This document shows, piece after piece, positions 1 through 13,737 of a stretch of DNA of 64,000 nucleotides. Below the pieces are notes generated by a model. The model had not been told where the DNA came from and made no database searches. It was given only the letters and a program-made list of their open reading frames with translations. The DNA comes from Eledone cirrhosa (Eukaryota), in contig OZ024748.1 in the NCBI GenBank assembly GCA_964016885.1, positions 15,996,001 through 16,060,000 on the forward strand. Reading direction: 5' to 3'. The first letter of the stretch is position 1. Every line of letters begins with the position of its first letter. The position numbers and the translations under genes are program-made.

Positions 1-252
1 AAAACAGGCCAAACAAAAGACAAAGATGGCTCTTTAGTTGTGTCAAAGATATGATGACCTTTGTAGTGTTGGTGACATGATAAAACTATACCCAGTACAT
101 ACTGTAAAGTGATAGGTCACACGAATAGCTTCCTGGAGTCGAAAACAGGCCAAACAAAAGACAAAGATGGCTCTTCAGTTGTGTCAAAGATATGATGACC
201 TCTGTAGTGTTGGTGACATGATAAAACTATACCCAGTACACTCTGTAGAGTG
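1..252 (+). repeat. Tandem duplication, period 141 bp, containing a SINE-derived 'tgttggtgacatgataaaactatacccagtacac' motif
   Basis: aaaacaggccaaacaaaagacaaagatggctc occurs at 1 and 142; the copies are near-identical. Confidence 0.85.
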
Positions 253-829
253 AAGGAACATATGTTAGAGAGATGCAAACCCTCAGTCTATCTAAGAGAT
301 CAGTGACTCTAATTATGTACTGACTTGGTCTGTGGTGACCTCGCCAACCTTTGTCAACGGGGAAAATTGTCCACACACATATACACACACATAAACACAA
401 ACACACACACATAAACACAAACACACACATACACACATACATGCACGCACACACATACATGCACACACACATATATATATATATATATATACACATACAT
501 ACGTATACATATATGATTGGCTGTTCTTCAAAGATCATACAGAAGGTCAATGCATGAAGGATTGATTTTAGTGGGCGGTGTGATTGAGTGGGTGGGGTGA
601 TGGAGTGGGTGGGGTGATGCAGTGGGTGGTGTAGACGGTGCTGGGTGATGTGGGGGGGGGGGGTTAGATGGTGGTGCGACTGGGGTGTACGAATTAGTGT
701 TCAATGTGCAATCACTATTACATAGTTACCATCTCACTGAAATAGATATGTGAACTTAAGAAGCTGGTCTCCACAATACATCCTTCATACTGTCACACAC
801 CACCCACCACATACCACACATCACCACCT

Positions 830-1063
830 CCATTCTCTCTCTCTCTCTACTGTATCTCTCTTCTCTCTCTCTCTCTCTGTAGTGTATCTCTCTTTTCTCT
901 CTCCCTTTGTACTGTATTTCTTCTCTCTCTCCCTTTGTACTGTATCTCTTCTCTCTCTCCCTTTGTACTATATCTCTTCTCTCTCTCTCTCTCTCTCTGC
1001 ACTGTATCTCTTCTCTCTCTCACTCTGTACTGTATCTCTTCTCTCTCTCCCTTTGTACTGTAT

Positions 1064-1115
<52 letters not shown>

Positions 1116-1266
1116 CTGTATCTCTTCTCTCTCTCACTCTGTACTGTATCTCTTCTCTCTCTCTCTCTCTCTGTACTGTATCTATCCCCCCCTCTCTGTA
1201 CTGTATCTATTCTCACCCACCCCCCTCTCTCTGTACCATATCTCTTCTCTCTCTCTCTGTACTGTA

Positions 1267-1300
<34 letters not shown>
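830..1300. repeat. (CT)n-rich compound minisatellite (ctgtactgtatctcttctctctct units)
   Basis: Read directly; explains the SL/RE-repeat ORFs. Confidence 0.9.
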
Positions 1301-1301
<1 letters not shown>

Positions 1302-1316
1302 GTGTACTTCATCTAA

Positions 1317-1579
1317 TGCAGCTGCTGCTGTTGCTGATTCTGCTGCTGTTGTTGCTAACTTCTCTTTTACCAACAGTAACAGCAACAACAGCAACAACAA
1401 CATCAACAACGACAACAGCAGCAGCAGCAGCATCAAAACGGCGGCACCATCAACAACAGCAGCAAATGCATCAACAATAACAACAGCAGCAACAGCATCA
1501 TCAACAACAACAACAACAGCATCGGCAGCAACAACAACAGCAAAAGCAGCAACAACAACAGCAACAAGAACAACAGCAA

Positions 1580-1665
<86 letters not shown>

Positions 1666-1685
1666 GCAAAAGCATCAACAGCATC

Positions 1686-1749
<64 letters not shown>

Positions 1750-1795
1750 GCAACAGCAGCAGCAGCAGCAGCAGCAAAATCAGCAGCAACAGCAG

Positions 1796-1827
<32 letters not shown>

Positions 1828-2422
1828 ACAACAACAACAACAGCAAAATCAGCAGGAACAGCAGCAATTACAACAGCAGCAACAGCAGTGACAACAGCAG
1901 CACCATCAGCACCAGCAGCAGGCTTGACCAGTTACTAAGCTACTAATATTGGTAACATTAGTACAGTTGGAGAGTCAGAGAGCGGCATCAGTCCACGTCA
2001 TCTCTTTACTTTCTGATTCATTACCATTTCTCCTCCTCCTCCTTCTTCTCCAACACTGCACCTCCACCCACACAAATACACTCCACCAACCCACCATCAC
2101 CATCATCACCACCATCACCACCAACACCATCACTCCTACTATAGCCACCACCACCACTATTACCAACACTACCACCACCACCTCCATCACTAACACCACC
2201 ACCACCATCACCACCACCTCTAACACCTTCACCACCTCCATCACTAACACCACCACCATCACCACCACCTCTAACACCTTCACCACCTCCATCACTAACA
2301 CCACCACCACCACTAACACCTTCACACCTCCATCACTAACACCACCACCACCACCACTAACACCTTCACCACACCCATCACTAACACCACCACCACCACC
2401 ACCACCATCACCACCACCACCA
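1317..2422. repeat. (CAG/CAA)n then (ACC/ATC)n trinucleotide low-complexity tracts
   Basis: Read directly; explains the poly-T/A/Q/L ORFs. Confidence 0.9.
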
Positions 2423-2657
2423 CATATATATACATATACACACTGTCAGAACACAGAAACTAAATGCAAGCAGCTGCACTATAATGTAGAAAAGCAGAAA
2501 AGAAGGAATAATAAATACATATATAATAATAAATAATACACACACACACACACACACACACGCATGTGTGTGTGTGTGTGTGTGTGTGCATGATTGTATG
2601 ATTACATTCAAATGTTGGTGTATGTGTGTATATATATGTATATATATATATATATAT

Positions 2658-2706
<49 letters not shown>

Positions 2707-3165
2707 TATACACACATATATATACACACATATATATATATGCGTATATATATATGCATATATATATATATATATGATATATATATATGTCTATATATAT
2801 GTGTCTATATATACATATACATATATATGTCTACAATATATATATATATATATATATACATAAATATATGTCTATATATACATACATATATGTCTATATA
2901 TATATATATATAAATAAATGAGATTTTAACAATGTATATACAGTAGTTGTAATATTGCTCTTTTCTAGGAGATATTTTCTCCCTTCTCTTCTTGTAGTTT
3001 ACAAATTTCATATATTTCTGATATTTTTCTGACTTTTAGCTCTGAGAATGGCTCAGCACTTATTCAGATCAATACACCTTCGTAGAAGTATGTATTCTAT
3101 AGGTTATATATATATATATATATATACTGTATATATATGTGTGTATGTACATACACACGTATATA

Positions 3166-3217
<52 letters not shown>

Positions 3218-3303
3218 TATATAAGCATGTATATATGTGTATACATACACACGTATATATGTGTATATATATATATATACTGTATATATTACATACACAC
3301 GTA

Positions 3304-3345
<42 letters not shown>

Positions 3346-3712
3346 TGCATATATATATATAGGCATATATATATATACACATATACATATGTATGTACAT
3401 ATACATATATATATACATATATTTATATATATATATATGTGTATATATATATGTATTTATATATATGTAAATACATACATATATATAAATACATATATGT
3501 ACATACATATATATATATACACACACATATATACACACACATATATATATGTATATACATATATATATATATATGTATATGTATATGTACATACATATAT
3601 ACACACACATATACACACACACACACACACATACATGTGTGTGTGTGTTTGTGCATGTGTGTTTAACCTTTCTCTTCCTGATTTGTACAACAGTTGTAAA
3701 TATATTTATATT

Positions 3713-4234
3713 GGTGGATTGGCAGTATTGGTAGAGCGTCGGATACAATGCTTTGCAGCTTAGAGTTATGGCCCTTTACAGTCTGAGTTCAAATCCCGCC
3801 GAGGTTAACTTTGCCTTTCATCCTTACGGGGGGCGATAAAATAAAGTACCAGTAATGTACTGGGGTCGATTTATCGACTTTCCCCTCCCACCAAATTACT
3901 GGCCTTGTGCCTATACTAGAAATCATTATTTCTTTTGAGCACCCTTTCATGCTTACGGGGTCGATAAAATAAAGTACCAGTAATGTACTGGGTAATTGCT
4001 GGCCTTATGCCAAAAGTAGAAACAATTATTTCATTTGAGTATGGTGGTGGATTGGCAGTATCAGTAGAAGGTCTGACGCCATGCTTTGCAGCAAAGAGTT
4101 ACGGCCCTTTATGGTCTGAGTTCAAATCCCGCCGAGGTTAACTTTGCCTTTCATCCTTACAGAGTCGATAAAATAAAGTACCAGTAATGTACTGCTTAAT
4201 TGCTGGCCTTGTGCCAAAAGTAGAAACAATTATT
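3713..4234 (+). mobile_element. tRNA-derived SINE family I (octopus OR-type-like): full copy, 3' partial copy and short-form copy in tandem
   Basis: A-box-like tggcagtattgg, B-box gagttcaaatcc, body gcctttcatccttacggggtcgataaaataaagtacc, end tagaaacaattatt; about 20 related copies in the window. Confidence 0.85.
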
Positions 4235-4919
4235 TCATTTGAGTACAAAAATATATGTTTGGAGAAGTAGGGTATATAGGAAACAGATTAGAAAGAGAGA
4301 AATGAAGGTAAAATATCTCTCTCTCTTTCTCTCCCTCCTCCTCTCCCACCCACTCCTCTTGCTCTTTAAAAAAAAATCCTTTCGATTAATTTTGTCTTTT
4401 ATTAAAGAAGGTGCGTGGCTTAGTAGTTAGAGAATTGGATTTACAATCATGAGGTTGCGAGTTCAATTCCTGGACCAGCCGTTGTGTTATTTCTTTGAGC
4501 AAGACGCATTATTTCACATTACTCTTTCTTCCAGGAGTTGTGACTGATAGAGAGTATCAACAATTGGAAAGACCAATGAATGGAAACATTGTCTCTTTGG
4601 TCCAATTTAATGTGTTCAACCCCACTCAGTTAGCCAATGAGGTCTGGGAAATTTTTTATTGATTTGATTGATTTATTTATTTAAGAAACTCTTGCTATTA
4701 ATATCATTATATCGGTAGTTAAACCTTTCCATACCAAACTGCTTAAAAGTGCCCCTAGTTCTAGAACACAAATTATTTTCATTAAAGTATTTATATTTAT
4801 TCTGTTTTTCTTTCCAGTATAATTTCATGTAGGTACGGTTGTAAAGTTATGCTTCTAACACGTGTTTATTAATGACAAAATTAGTTATATTTCATACCCC
4901 TTGATTATTTTCAAACTTA

Positions 4920-5087
4920 CTGTGTTCCCTGGCACTGAAGGCCCTTCATCCTCGAGTATGCACCCTAATTTTAACAACACAAAATTTGAAACAAAATAAT
5001 AAACAAGTTTTGGCTTCCAGGATTCATGGTAGATCTTTGAGACTTATTTTAGGATAAAAGTAGCGTCTTCGATGCCGGGAAATACGT
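4920..5087. mobile_element. Degenerate Tc2/pogo-like MITE
   Basis: Imperfect TIRs ctgtgttccctggcactgaagg / gtcttcgatgccgggaaatacgt, each flanked by TA. Confidence 0.55.
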
Positions 5088-5240
5088 TATATAAAAATCA
5101 TTGGCAGTGTGTTTCATCTTAAAGATGTCAACATGAGGGTTAAATCCGTATATTCGTCTTAACTTCAGTAGCAACTATCAATTTAGAATTCCGGAATGAA
5201 ACAAGTTTTTACACTTTGTATATATATATGTGTATATATA

Positions 5241-5571
5241 TCATCATCATCATCATTTTACGTCCGCTTTTCTCTGCTTGCAAGGGTGGGACGGGAACTG
5301 ATTTTGGCTTGATTTCTACAGCTGGATGCCCTTCCTAACACCAACCTCATTTACAGTGAGTGCTGGGTGCTTTTTTGCCATGGTACTTCCACGACCACTT
5401 TGCAGTGGAATGATAGGGACCCCAGTCCCTATCATCTCATTTCTACAGCTGAGTAAACTGGAGCAATGTGAAATAAAGTGTCTTGCTCAAGGAAACAACA
5501 CATCACCCCGTCTGAGAATTGAACTCACAACCTTTCGATTGCAAAGCCAATGCTCTAACCATGAAGCCATG
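5241..5571 (-). mobile_element. tRNA-derived CORE-type SINE family II with RTE-type 3' tail
   Basis: Minus strand shows B-box gagttcaattc, CORE-like ccttgagcaagacactttatttcacattgctccagtttactcagctgtagaaatg, and tail cccacccttgcaagcag...ggacgtaaaatgatgatg; near-identical to copies at 38271, 39300 and 43961. Confidence 0.85.
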
Positions 5572-5666
5572 TATATATATTTATTATAAAGTGTTATATA
5601 TTTATTATAAAGTGAAATTACACTAGGCCAAAAATGTTAAATTTCCTTAATCATTTATTTCTGAAA

Positions 5667-5700
5667 ACACTATACACATTTCAGTGGCCACCTCAGGTGT
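5667..5700 (-). ncRNA. Degenerate hammerhead-like relic
   Basis: Minus: acac CUGAGG(-) uggccacu GAAA ugugu AUA gugu; stem I acac/gugu pairs but core A9 is missing. Confidence 0.3.
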
Positions 5701-5835
5701 AAATTGTCTAATAACCAACGGAATGATGGTAAACTTTAAGGAAATAAGCAAAGAAGAAAATGTTTACTATGTTTTTGAACTAGAGACGAACGAAGCAGCA
5801 TGTTTTTATCTCGCCCATATTTATATATATATATA

Positions 5836-5935
5836 CATGGTGTCCCCCAAAATTGTATACACACTTAAACAGCATTCTAATAAATATTGCCTGTACAGGT
5901 AATCAAAGTGTGTATAAATTTTTTGGGACACCCTG
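5836..5935. mobile_element. Tc1/mariner-type MITE (100 bp)
   Basis: TIRs catggtgtcccccaaaattgtatacacactt / aagtgtgtataaattttttgggacaccctg, TA on both sides. Confidence 0.75.
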
Positions 5936-6504
5936 TATGCACAGACATTGCTGTGTGTTTATCTGAGTTTTTAGAACAGGTACATCATTACCTGCAATGT
6001 GTAAGAGGTGACTAAAAGTGTTGGCATATAAGAAGGTTATCTGGCTGTGAAATATTGTCTTAAAGCAACCTATCCAACCCATGCCAGCATGGAAGAATGA
6101 CATGAAATGAAATTACTTCTATATTTTTGTATTTACTGGAAAATATGATTAATATCATTGGAATGTTTCATCACACGAGAATTATAAGCTTATACTTATT
6201 GAATATACTCACGCATACAAACATATATGTGTGTGTGTGTATATATATACATACACATATACATATATACATTTTAAAAAGATACTAAACTACTATGATT
6301 AGCAAAAGCTTAATATGCTAACATTACCCTTGTTTTGCAACCACCAACTTCACTCCTGTTCATTATTCAATAAACTATATGTACGCATATATATAGTGTG
6401 TTATATAATATATATATATATATAAATGTATAGTGTAATACACTATATACATATATAGTGTAATACAATATATATATGTGTATATATATATATAGTGTAA
6501 TGTA

Positions 6505-6536
<32 letters not shown>

Positions 6537-7026
6537 GTGTAATGTAATATAACTAAAGTTATGTAATACAGCTTCTATAATCAATATATTCAAACATTTA
6601 TTATCTTCCTTTACTGATGTCACTTGCCAAGTTTTAAACATCAATAACATTGTTAATTTTCTCTGCATAATTTACAGCTAAGAAATATGGTTTTCTAGAA
6701 ATATTAGTTGAAAGCATGTTTGTCTTTGCAGCTACTACAAATATGAAGCTGGTGAATTGGTAGAATTATTAGAGTGGAATTGTGGATAGAATGTTTGGTG
6801 ATATTTGTATCACATCTCTCTGTAGGCTCTGATTCTCTGAGTTTGAATCTTGGCAATTTAACTTTTTATCATTTTGAGGTCAAGAAATTAAGTAATAACT
6901 AGTTCAGTACTGGTGTTGCATTCCCATGCCTTCCCTACCCTCTCTCAAAGTACCATCTTCCTGTCTTCCTTCAGTTGCAACGTTTTTTTAAATATTTACT
7001 TCTGCGTTCACAGATTGACTTTTTTT

Positions 7027-7077
7027 AGTTTCAGAAGATCCTGTTAAGGGTGAAAGCAGCGATTCTTTGCTTAAACT
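7027..7077 (+). ncRNA. Hammerhead-like motif, family C (variant core CAGAAGA)
   Basis: aguuu CAGAAGA uccu-guua-aggg u GAAA gca-gcgauucuu-ugc UU aaacu: stems I, II and III all pair; core U4 is A; homolog at 20240-20310. Confidence 0.5.
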
Positions 7078-7211
7078 TTAATCTGTTATTTTAATAAATA
7101 TTTGCTCTACGGTTCTTATATATCTGATATATATTTATCCTTAACGAGCCCTCTTTGGATTTTAGACTTCAAATTTATTATTATTACTATATATATATAT
7201 ATAGTATATAA

Positions 7212-7398
7212 GGGCGGTGGATTGGCAGTATCGGTAGAGGGTCAGACACCATGCTTTCCAGCATAGTTACGTCCCTTTACGATCTGAGTTCAAATCTCGC
7301 CGAGGTTGACTTTGCCTTTCATCCTTACGGGGTCGATAAAATAAAGTACCAGTAATGCACTGGGTAATTGCTGGCCTTGTGCCTAAAGTAGAAACAAT

Positions 7399-7400
<2 letters not shown>
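7212..7400 (+). mobile_element. SINE family I, short form
   Basis: gggcggtggattggcagtatcggtagag...gagttcaaatc...cctaaagtagaaacaatta. Confidence 0.85.
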
Positions 7401-7432
<32 letters not shown>

Positions 7433-7436
<4 letters not shown>

Positions 7437-7623
7437 AAGGTGTGGTAAGATACCAGGTGGACCATAATGCACCATCAATACAGGTAGTAGAGTGGGTAAT
7501 AGGAAAAGAGTCAGGACCCCGACAGCTGAGCTTCGGCCGTTTCAACAGCTAGATCTGGACAGTTCAGATCTAGCTGTGTTGAAACAGGCGGAGCTCAGCC
7601 GTTGGGGTCCTGACTCTTTTACT
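7433..7623. mobile_element. TA-flanked fold-back element, family A (Penelope-like 3' end with HHR 3' half in both arms)
   Basis: Inverted arms 7504-7559 / 7563-7620; minus strand GAAAC ggccgaagctcagct GTC gggg; homologs at 17640, 18145, 30290 and 43625. Confidence 0.65.
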
Positions 7624-7756
7624 ATATATATATAAATAGGTTTTCTTTTTAATTGAAACACTACAGGTTGAATAATTGAATAAGTTGAGTTTGCTCAACA
7701 AAACGTGTCCCTTGTTTCTCCCTGTTAGGTTGTCATTGCAATATTGAATTTAATAA

Positions 7757-8678
7757 TGTGTTTCTACTTTAGGCACAAGGCCAGAAATTAGCCAGTGCAT
7801 TACTGGTACTTTATTTTATCGACCCCGTAAGGATGAAAGGCAAAGTCAACCTCGGCGGGATTTGAACTCAGATCGTAAAGGGACGTAACTATGCTGGAAA
7901 GCATGGCGTCCGACCCTCTACCGATACTCCCAACCATAAATAATTGTTTCTACTTTAGGCACAAGGCCAGCAATTACCCAGTGCATTACTGGTACTTTAT
8001 TTTATCGACCCCGTAAGGATGAAAGGCAAAGTCAACCTCGGCGGGATTTGAACTCAGATCGTAAAGGGACGTAACTATGCTGGAAAGCATGGCGTCCGAC
8101 CCTCTACCGATACTCCCAACCATAAATAATTGTTTCTACTTTAGGCACAAGGCCAGCAATTACCCAGTGCATTACTGGTACTTTATTTTATCGACCCCGT
8201 AAGGATGAAAGGCAAAGTCAACCTCGGCGGGATTTGAACTCAGATCGTAAAGGGACGTAACTATGCTGGAAAGCATGGCGTCCGACCCTCTACCGATACT
8301 CCCAACCATAAATAATTGTTTCTACTTTAGGCACAAGGCCAGCAATTACCCAGTGCATTACTGGTACTTTATTTTATCGACCCCGTAAGGATGAAAGGCA
8401 AAGTCAACCTCGGCGGGATTTGAACTCAGATCGTAAAGGGACGTAACTATGCTGGAAAGCATGGCGTCCGACCCTCTACCGATACTCCCAACCATAAATA
8501 ATTGTTTCTACTTTAGGCACAAGGCCAGCAATTACCCAGTGCATTACTGGTACTTTATTTTATCGACCCCGTAAGGATGAAAGGCAAAGTCAACCTCGGC
8601 GGGATTTGAACTCAGATCGTAAAGGGACGTAACTATGCTGGAAAGCATGGCGTCCGACCCTCTACCGATACTGCCAAT
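7757..8678 (-). mobile_element. Head-to-tail array of 5 near-identical SINE family I copies (period 186 bp)
   Basis: tttctactttaggcacaagg starts at 7761, 7947, 8133, 8319 and 8505. Confidence 0.92.
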
Positions 8679-9395
8679 GTGTGCGTGCGTGTGTATCCTC
8701 ATCATCGTCTTTACATCCATTTTTCCATGCTTGCATGGGTTGGATGGAGTTTTTTTCACCACAACATCTTTCCCGATAACGTGATCTCAATTGTGAGTTT
8801 CAGCAATTTGAGATCAGCTCTCATCACCATCATGATGATGGTGATGATGATGATGATGATAATGATAGTGTCGATGTTGGCGAGGATGATGATGATGGCG
8901 AGGATGATGATGATGGCAATGATGAAGTAAATGAGGATGATGATGGTAGTGATGAAGATAATGATAGTGTCGATGTTGGCGGGGATGGTGATGATGATGA
9001 TGACGACGATGATAATGCAGAGATGAGGATGATGATGATGATAGTGATGAAGATAATGATAGCATCGATGTTGGTAAGGATGGTGATGATGATGATGACG
9101 ATGATGATGGTGAATCAATAATGATTTGAGCGATTTGATCTTACATTAAAACTTAGAAAGTTCCAAACAAGCTTCTGTGATGAAACCACTTAAATGATCT
9201 TTACTCTCTCAGCAATTTCCATTGACTGCATTTTGAAATCCTTAAAAAATAATTAAAGATTACTAAAAACTGCTATCAAAATAAACAATACTTATTTATG
9301 CAAACACAAATGGTTCTTTAGAATCTGCAGAGAACAAAAATAATTAAATTATATAAAAAAAGATGATGATGATACTACTACTACTAATGCTACTG

Positions 9396-9428
<33 letters not shown>

Positions 9429-9949
9429 TTACTACTACTGCTAATAAAAATAATGATGATGATGATGATGATAAAAATAATCTTTAACATTTTTGAAAAA
9501 TAGAAAAATAAAATATATATATTTTTTTAGTTTCCTTTTTAACTGCAATTGAAACATTTCTTTACAAGATTTAAAGAAAAATTCCATTGAACTCACTTCA
9601 AAGAAAAACATCTGTACCTTAAGGTACCCTATGTTTCATTTAAAGAATGCAACACTTTCTGAAATGTATTTCTGGATCAGTAGATTTCGAAGAAGTTTCA
9701 TGGTTTTTTGTTTATAGTCCAGTTATTTTAAATTGATCCTCTGTTTTATTCGGTTATTTATTTAAATAGATTTTTTTAAACTGAATTAAAAGAGAATCAT
9801 TATTGCTCTTAGGTGGTTTTCTTGTTTTGATATATAAATAAATAAATAAATATGCAACTCTTTCTGTGTAAATTAAATTGTAAAGTGAAAAATAAAAAAA
9901 TGTCTGATAATTTACAATTATTTTTTTCTATTATGTTTAGATAATAAGA

Positions 9950-10168
9950 ATGGTTTCTTATACAGGCACAAGGCCAGCAATTTTGAGGGCGAGGTAAGTC
10001 GATTAAATCAACCCCAGTGTGTGACTGGTACTTTATTTTATTGACCCAATAAGGATGGAATGCAAAGTTAACCTCGCTGGGATTTGAACTCAGATCATAA
10101 AGGGCCGTAACTCTATGCTGCAAAGCATGGTGTCTGAGACTCTATTGCTACTGTTAATCCTCCACCCT
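9950..10168 (-). mobile_element. SINE family I, long form
   Basis: Contains gtcgattaaatcaac, gtactttatttt and gatttgaactc. Confidence 0.8.
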
Positions 10169-10245
10169 TCAGATGATAATAATAATAATAGTTTCTAATT
10201 TAGGCACAAGACCAGAAAATTTTGGCGGAGGGGAAATTTGATTAA

Positions 10246-10704
10246 CCCTTTATCATTTAAACTGGCTGTATCTGGCCAGAATTCTCTCACCTCTTTCTGT
10301 TTAAACTGGCTGTAACTGGCTATTCATACTGATGTTAAGGTACTGTTCTCAAAATAAATAATATCAATATTTCATATATTTGAAATTATGTGAGATAATT
10401 ATGTGAGGTAATGTTTTTACCACAAAAATATAATAGTATATGCAGGTTATGTTGGTTATGTTGGTACCACAACATCCAGCCCGAAACAAATGAGGTCGTG
10501 TAGGTGTCACGACAAAAAAACACACAGTCCACGCTGTAATGTGGCCGTGTACAGTTCCACACTGTAAATGTGGTTGGTGTTAGGAAGGGCATCCAGCTGT
10601 AGAAAACCCGCCAGACAGTCCTATGCGAGCAAGACAACCACTCTTGCCTCAAGTGAGAAAACTCCCGTCCAAACCCATGCAAGCGTGGAATATGGAAGTT
10701 AAAC

Positions 10705-10735
<31 letters not shown>

Positions 10736-10981
10736 TAGCTACATTAAACTACTTCATCTAATCGAACCACTTGGAATATTTGTCCTAGTCGTTTCGCAAC
10801 TGTTGTGACATTATTACTAATATAAATATATATAAAATTGTGTTGGCTTTGTAATGGCCAATTAGTGTTACCTCACTCATCTAATATATATATATATATA
10901 TATATACGGTGTCCCACCCTTGCAAGCAGAGAAAAGCGGATGTAAAATGATGATGATGAGAGTAATGTAAATGCAAAAGGG
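10246..10981 (+). mobile_element. piggyBac-type MITE (family 1) interrupted by later insertions
   Basis: ttaa-ccctttatcatttaaa at left; gagtaatgtaaatgcaaaaggg-ttaa at right; body matches the intact copy at 48630. Confidence 0.65.
10500..10735 (+). mobile_element. SINE or LINE 3' fragment with RTE-type tail (family III)
   Basis: ggttggtgttaggaagggcatccagctgtagaaaac...cccatgcaagcgtggaa...ttaaacgatgatgat; homologs at 40524 and 53149. Confidence 0.7.
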
Positions 10982-12355
10982 TTAAATTGACACCAATACT
11001 TGACTGATATTTTATTAACCCCAGCAGAATGAAAGTCAAAGCAGGGAAGATATTACTTCAAAATCAAAGAATTTATTATCCTAAATTTGCATTAAACTCA
11101 TTTTGAATGTTTTTTTTTAAAATTCTGTTTCTTCATTGATTTCTCTCTCTTTCTCCCCCTCCCTCATCCTTGCTCTCCTTATTTCTTTTCTCTCACTCTC
11201 GTCCCCCCCCCCCTCTCCATATTACCCTCCCTAGTCATAACATTTTAATAGATTTATTTCTGTTTTTATCAAAAGTTACCTACAAATTTTCCTGCTTATT
11301 TTTGTTGTGATATTGTCTTATATACACATTTCGATAAAGTGGTTCTCTGATCTGTTGTGTAAATAGGCATTACAAATGCAATGTCAACTTAATGTACAAA
11401 ATTGCATGCTGGTGAGGTTAAGACACAGTTATCTGTTTATCCAATGTCAAGTTTTTCTATTGATACTATATATATATAAATAGTTGTGAAGGTGCAAGTT
11501 CAATTGTCAGACTGGGTAATGCATTGTGTCCTTGTGTATAACACTGTTTCCCATTGCTCCTGTTTACTCAGCTGTAGAAACGTATTGGCCATTGCTTTTC
11601 TCTTAGACAACATTGGTGGCATGGTGAGGTGAGACCAGTATGAGACCAATATGAGACCAATATGCATGGGTCACTGCTGGTCTTCCTCAAACAACCTTGC
11701 TCAGAAATGTGCCTCGGAGGGGAAATTTCTAGGTGCAAAACCCATGATTAATGATTGAAGGTGGCCTTTACTCTATATATAAAAGAGCACTTAATAAAAG
11801 GTGATGAAAACTCATCCTGGAGGATATCTGGTTGATACATTGCCACGAAAAAAGCCCTAAAAAATCGTGGAAGATATTTACAATTCCACAAATATGTGGT
11901 GGTCTCCACAAACAATTATTGATGAGGTTCTAAGGAAAATTCCGCAAATAACTGGGATCGCGTATGCCTGGGGTACATTGTATATATATATATATATATA
12001 TATGAACCTGTCCAACCCTTGCTAGAAGTTAAGTGGATGCTAAATAATGGTGATGATGATAATATATATAGATATATTATATGTGTATGAATGCTCACAC
12101 ACACATGCAGACACCTACATGCACAAATGAAAGACAACTGATATAAATAAAATTCTATTGCCAGAAGTGTTGAGTAATCAAGTCGCTTAAAAGTTAAACC
12201 TGGCAGATAAAATAATGAAACACAACTAGATTAAGAAATATAAATACATTTTATAAAACATAAACATAATATCAAAGACCTTTGTTAAAATATACAAAAG
12301 GAAAAAATGAATTTCATGCATATTTTTCTTTTATCTATCTATCTATCTATAAATA

Positions 12356-12410
<55 letters not shown>

Positions 12411-12498
12411 ATTAACTTTGTATCTTTTATGTTTAGCAACAACAGTTGGAACATAAATGTTTTTTTAATAAAATGTCAGCAACGTCTATTTGAATACC

Positions 12499-12539
<41 letters not shown>

Positions 12540-13504
12540 CATATTTACATACACATACATATACACATATATATAGAAACAGATACATATACATACATAC
12601 ACACATATTTATATATATACATACACAAACATACATACACACAGACACAGACACAGACATAATTTCAAAATAGAATGTCCACAAATGAAAAGAAAATAAG
12701 GAAAGGCTTTTTATGAAAAATCCTATTTTAGTTCTATGAATAATTTATCACTATTTACTGTCCTAGAATGAAATAACACATTATGTAAAATACTTATTAG
12801 AAAAGAGATGAATTAATAATTTTTTTTTCAAATTTTTTTTATTTTTATAATATAAAACAAGAACGTCAACAACAACAGGAACAACAATAGTTATCATAGC
12901 ATCTAATTTAGCAAGAAATCAACCATTTGAATAATTTAAATATAGTCTGCAATTTAGCATCAAATTGAAGTTGTATTATATAGATGTGTAATATAACAAT
13001 GAATATAAATATTCTTAAGACTTGCCCTGTTTTCTTCATAAATAAAGATGGTGAAAAGATTTAATGTTCTTATATTGAACAAAGACATTTTATTATATGT
13101 GTGTATTAGGGAGGAAATAGCAGCAGAACAGCTTCTCATCAAGATAATTGTTAATAATAGCTCTGAAATGGCCCTTCCTTTATAAAAGGAACAAATTTGA
13201 AAGAAAAAAAATGTGTTTTTGGTAAATCCTGATGGTTATCTCTAATTGTTAACTGGTGGTGGTGGTGTTGGCACTGGTGGGTCATAAAAACTTAATTCTT
13301 TATGTCTTTTGATACCAACCTCCCTGAAACTGGCATTCATTTCAAGATGGAAAAATGTTTGTTTTAATATGTTTATCTTTAAATTTAAGCCTTTTATTAT
13401 AATTTGCGGGCGACTTTATGGCATAGAGTTATGACCCTTTACGTTCTGAGTTCAAATCCTGCCGAGGTTAGCTTTCCCTTTCATCCTTACAGGGTTCATA
13501 AAAT

Positions 13505-13687
13505 AATTGTTTCTACTATTGGCACAAGGCCAGAAATTATCCAGTACATTACTGGTACTTTATTTTATCGACCCCGTAAGGATGAAAGGCAAAGTTAACT
13601 TCGGCGGGATTTGAACTCAGAATAGCAAGGGCCGTAACTCTATGTATCAAAGCATGGCGTCCGACCCTCTACCGATAGTGCCAATCC
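13505..13687 (-). mobile_element. SINE family I, short form
   Basis: Reverse complement of the family I consensus. Confidence 0.8.
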
Positions 13688-13737
13688 CATAAAATAATGC
13701 TCCAGTAATGCACTGGGTTCGATTTCATCAATTTCCC

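Noticed and set aside
570-690. G-rich tract as a telomeric repeat or regulatory G-quadruplex
   Set aside because: A degenerate GT-rich repeat, not (TTAGGG)n; no functional evidence
907-1938. 343-aa Thr/Ala-rich ORF as a mucin or antifreeze-glycoprotein-like gene
   Set aside because: It starts within a CT microsatellite, has no regular Ala-Ala-Thr periodicity, and is explained by the triplet repeat
7676-7709. ttgaataa-gttgag-tttg-ctcaac-aaaac-gt-gtc HHR relic
   Set aside because: Good stem II, but three core changes and no stem I
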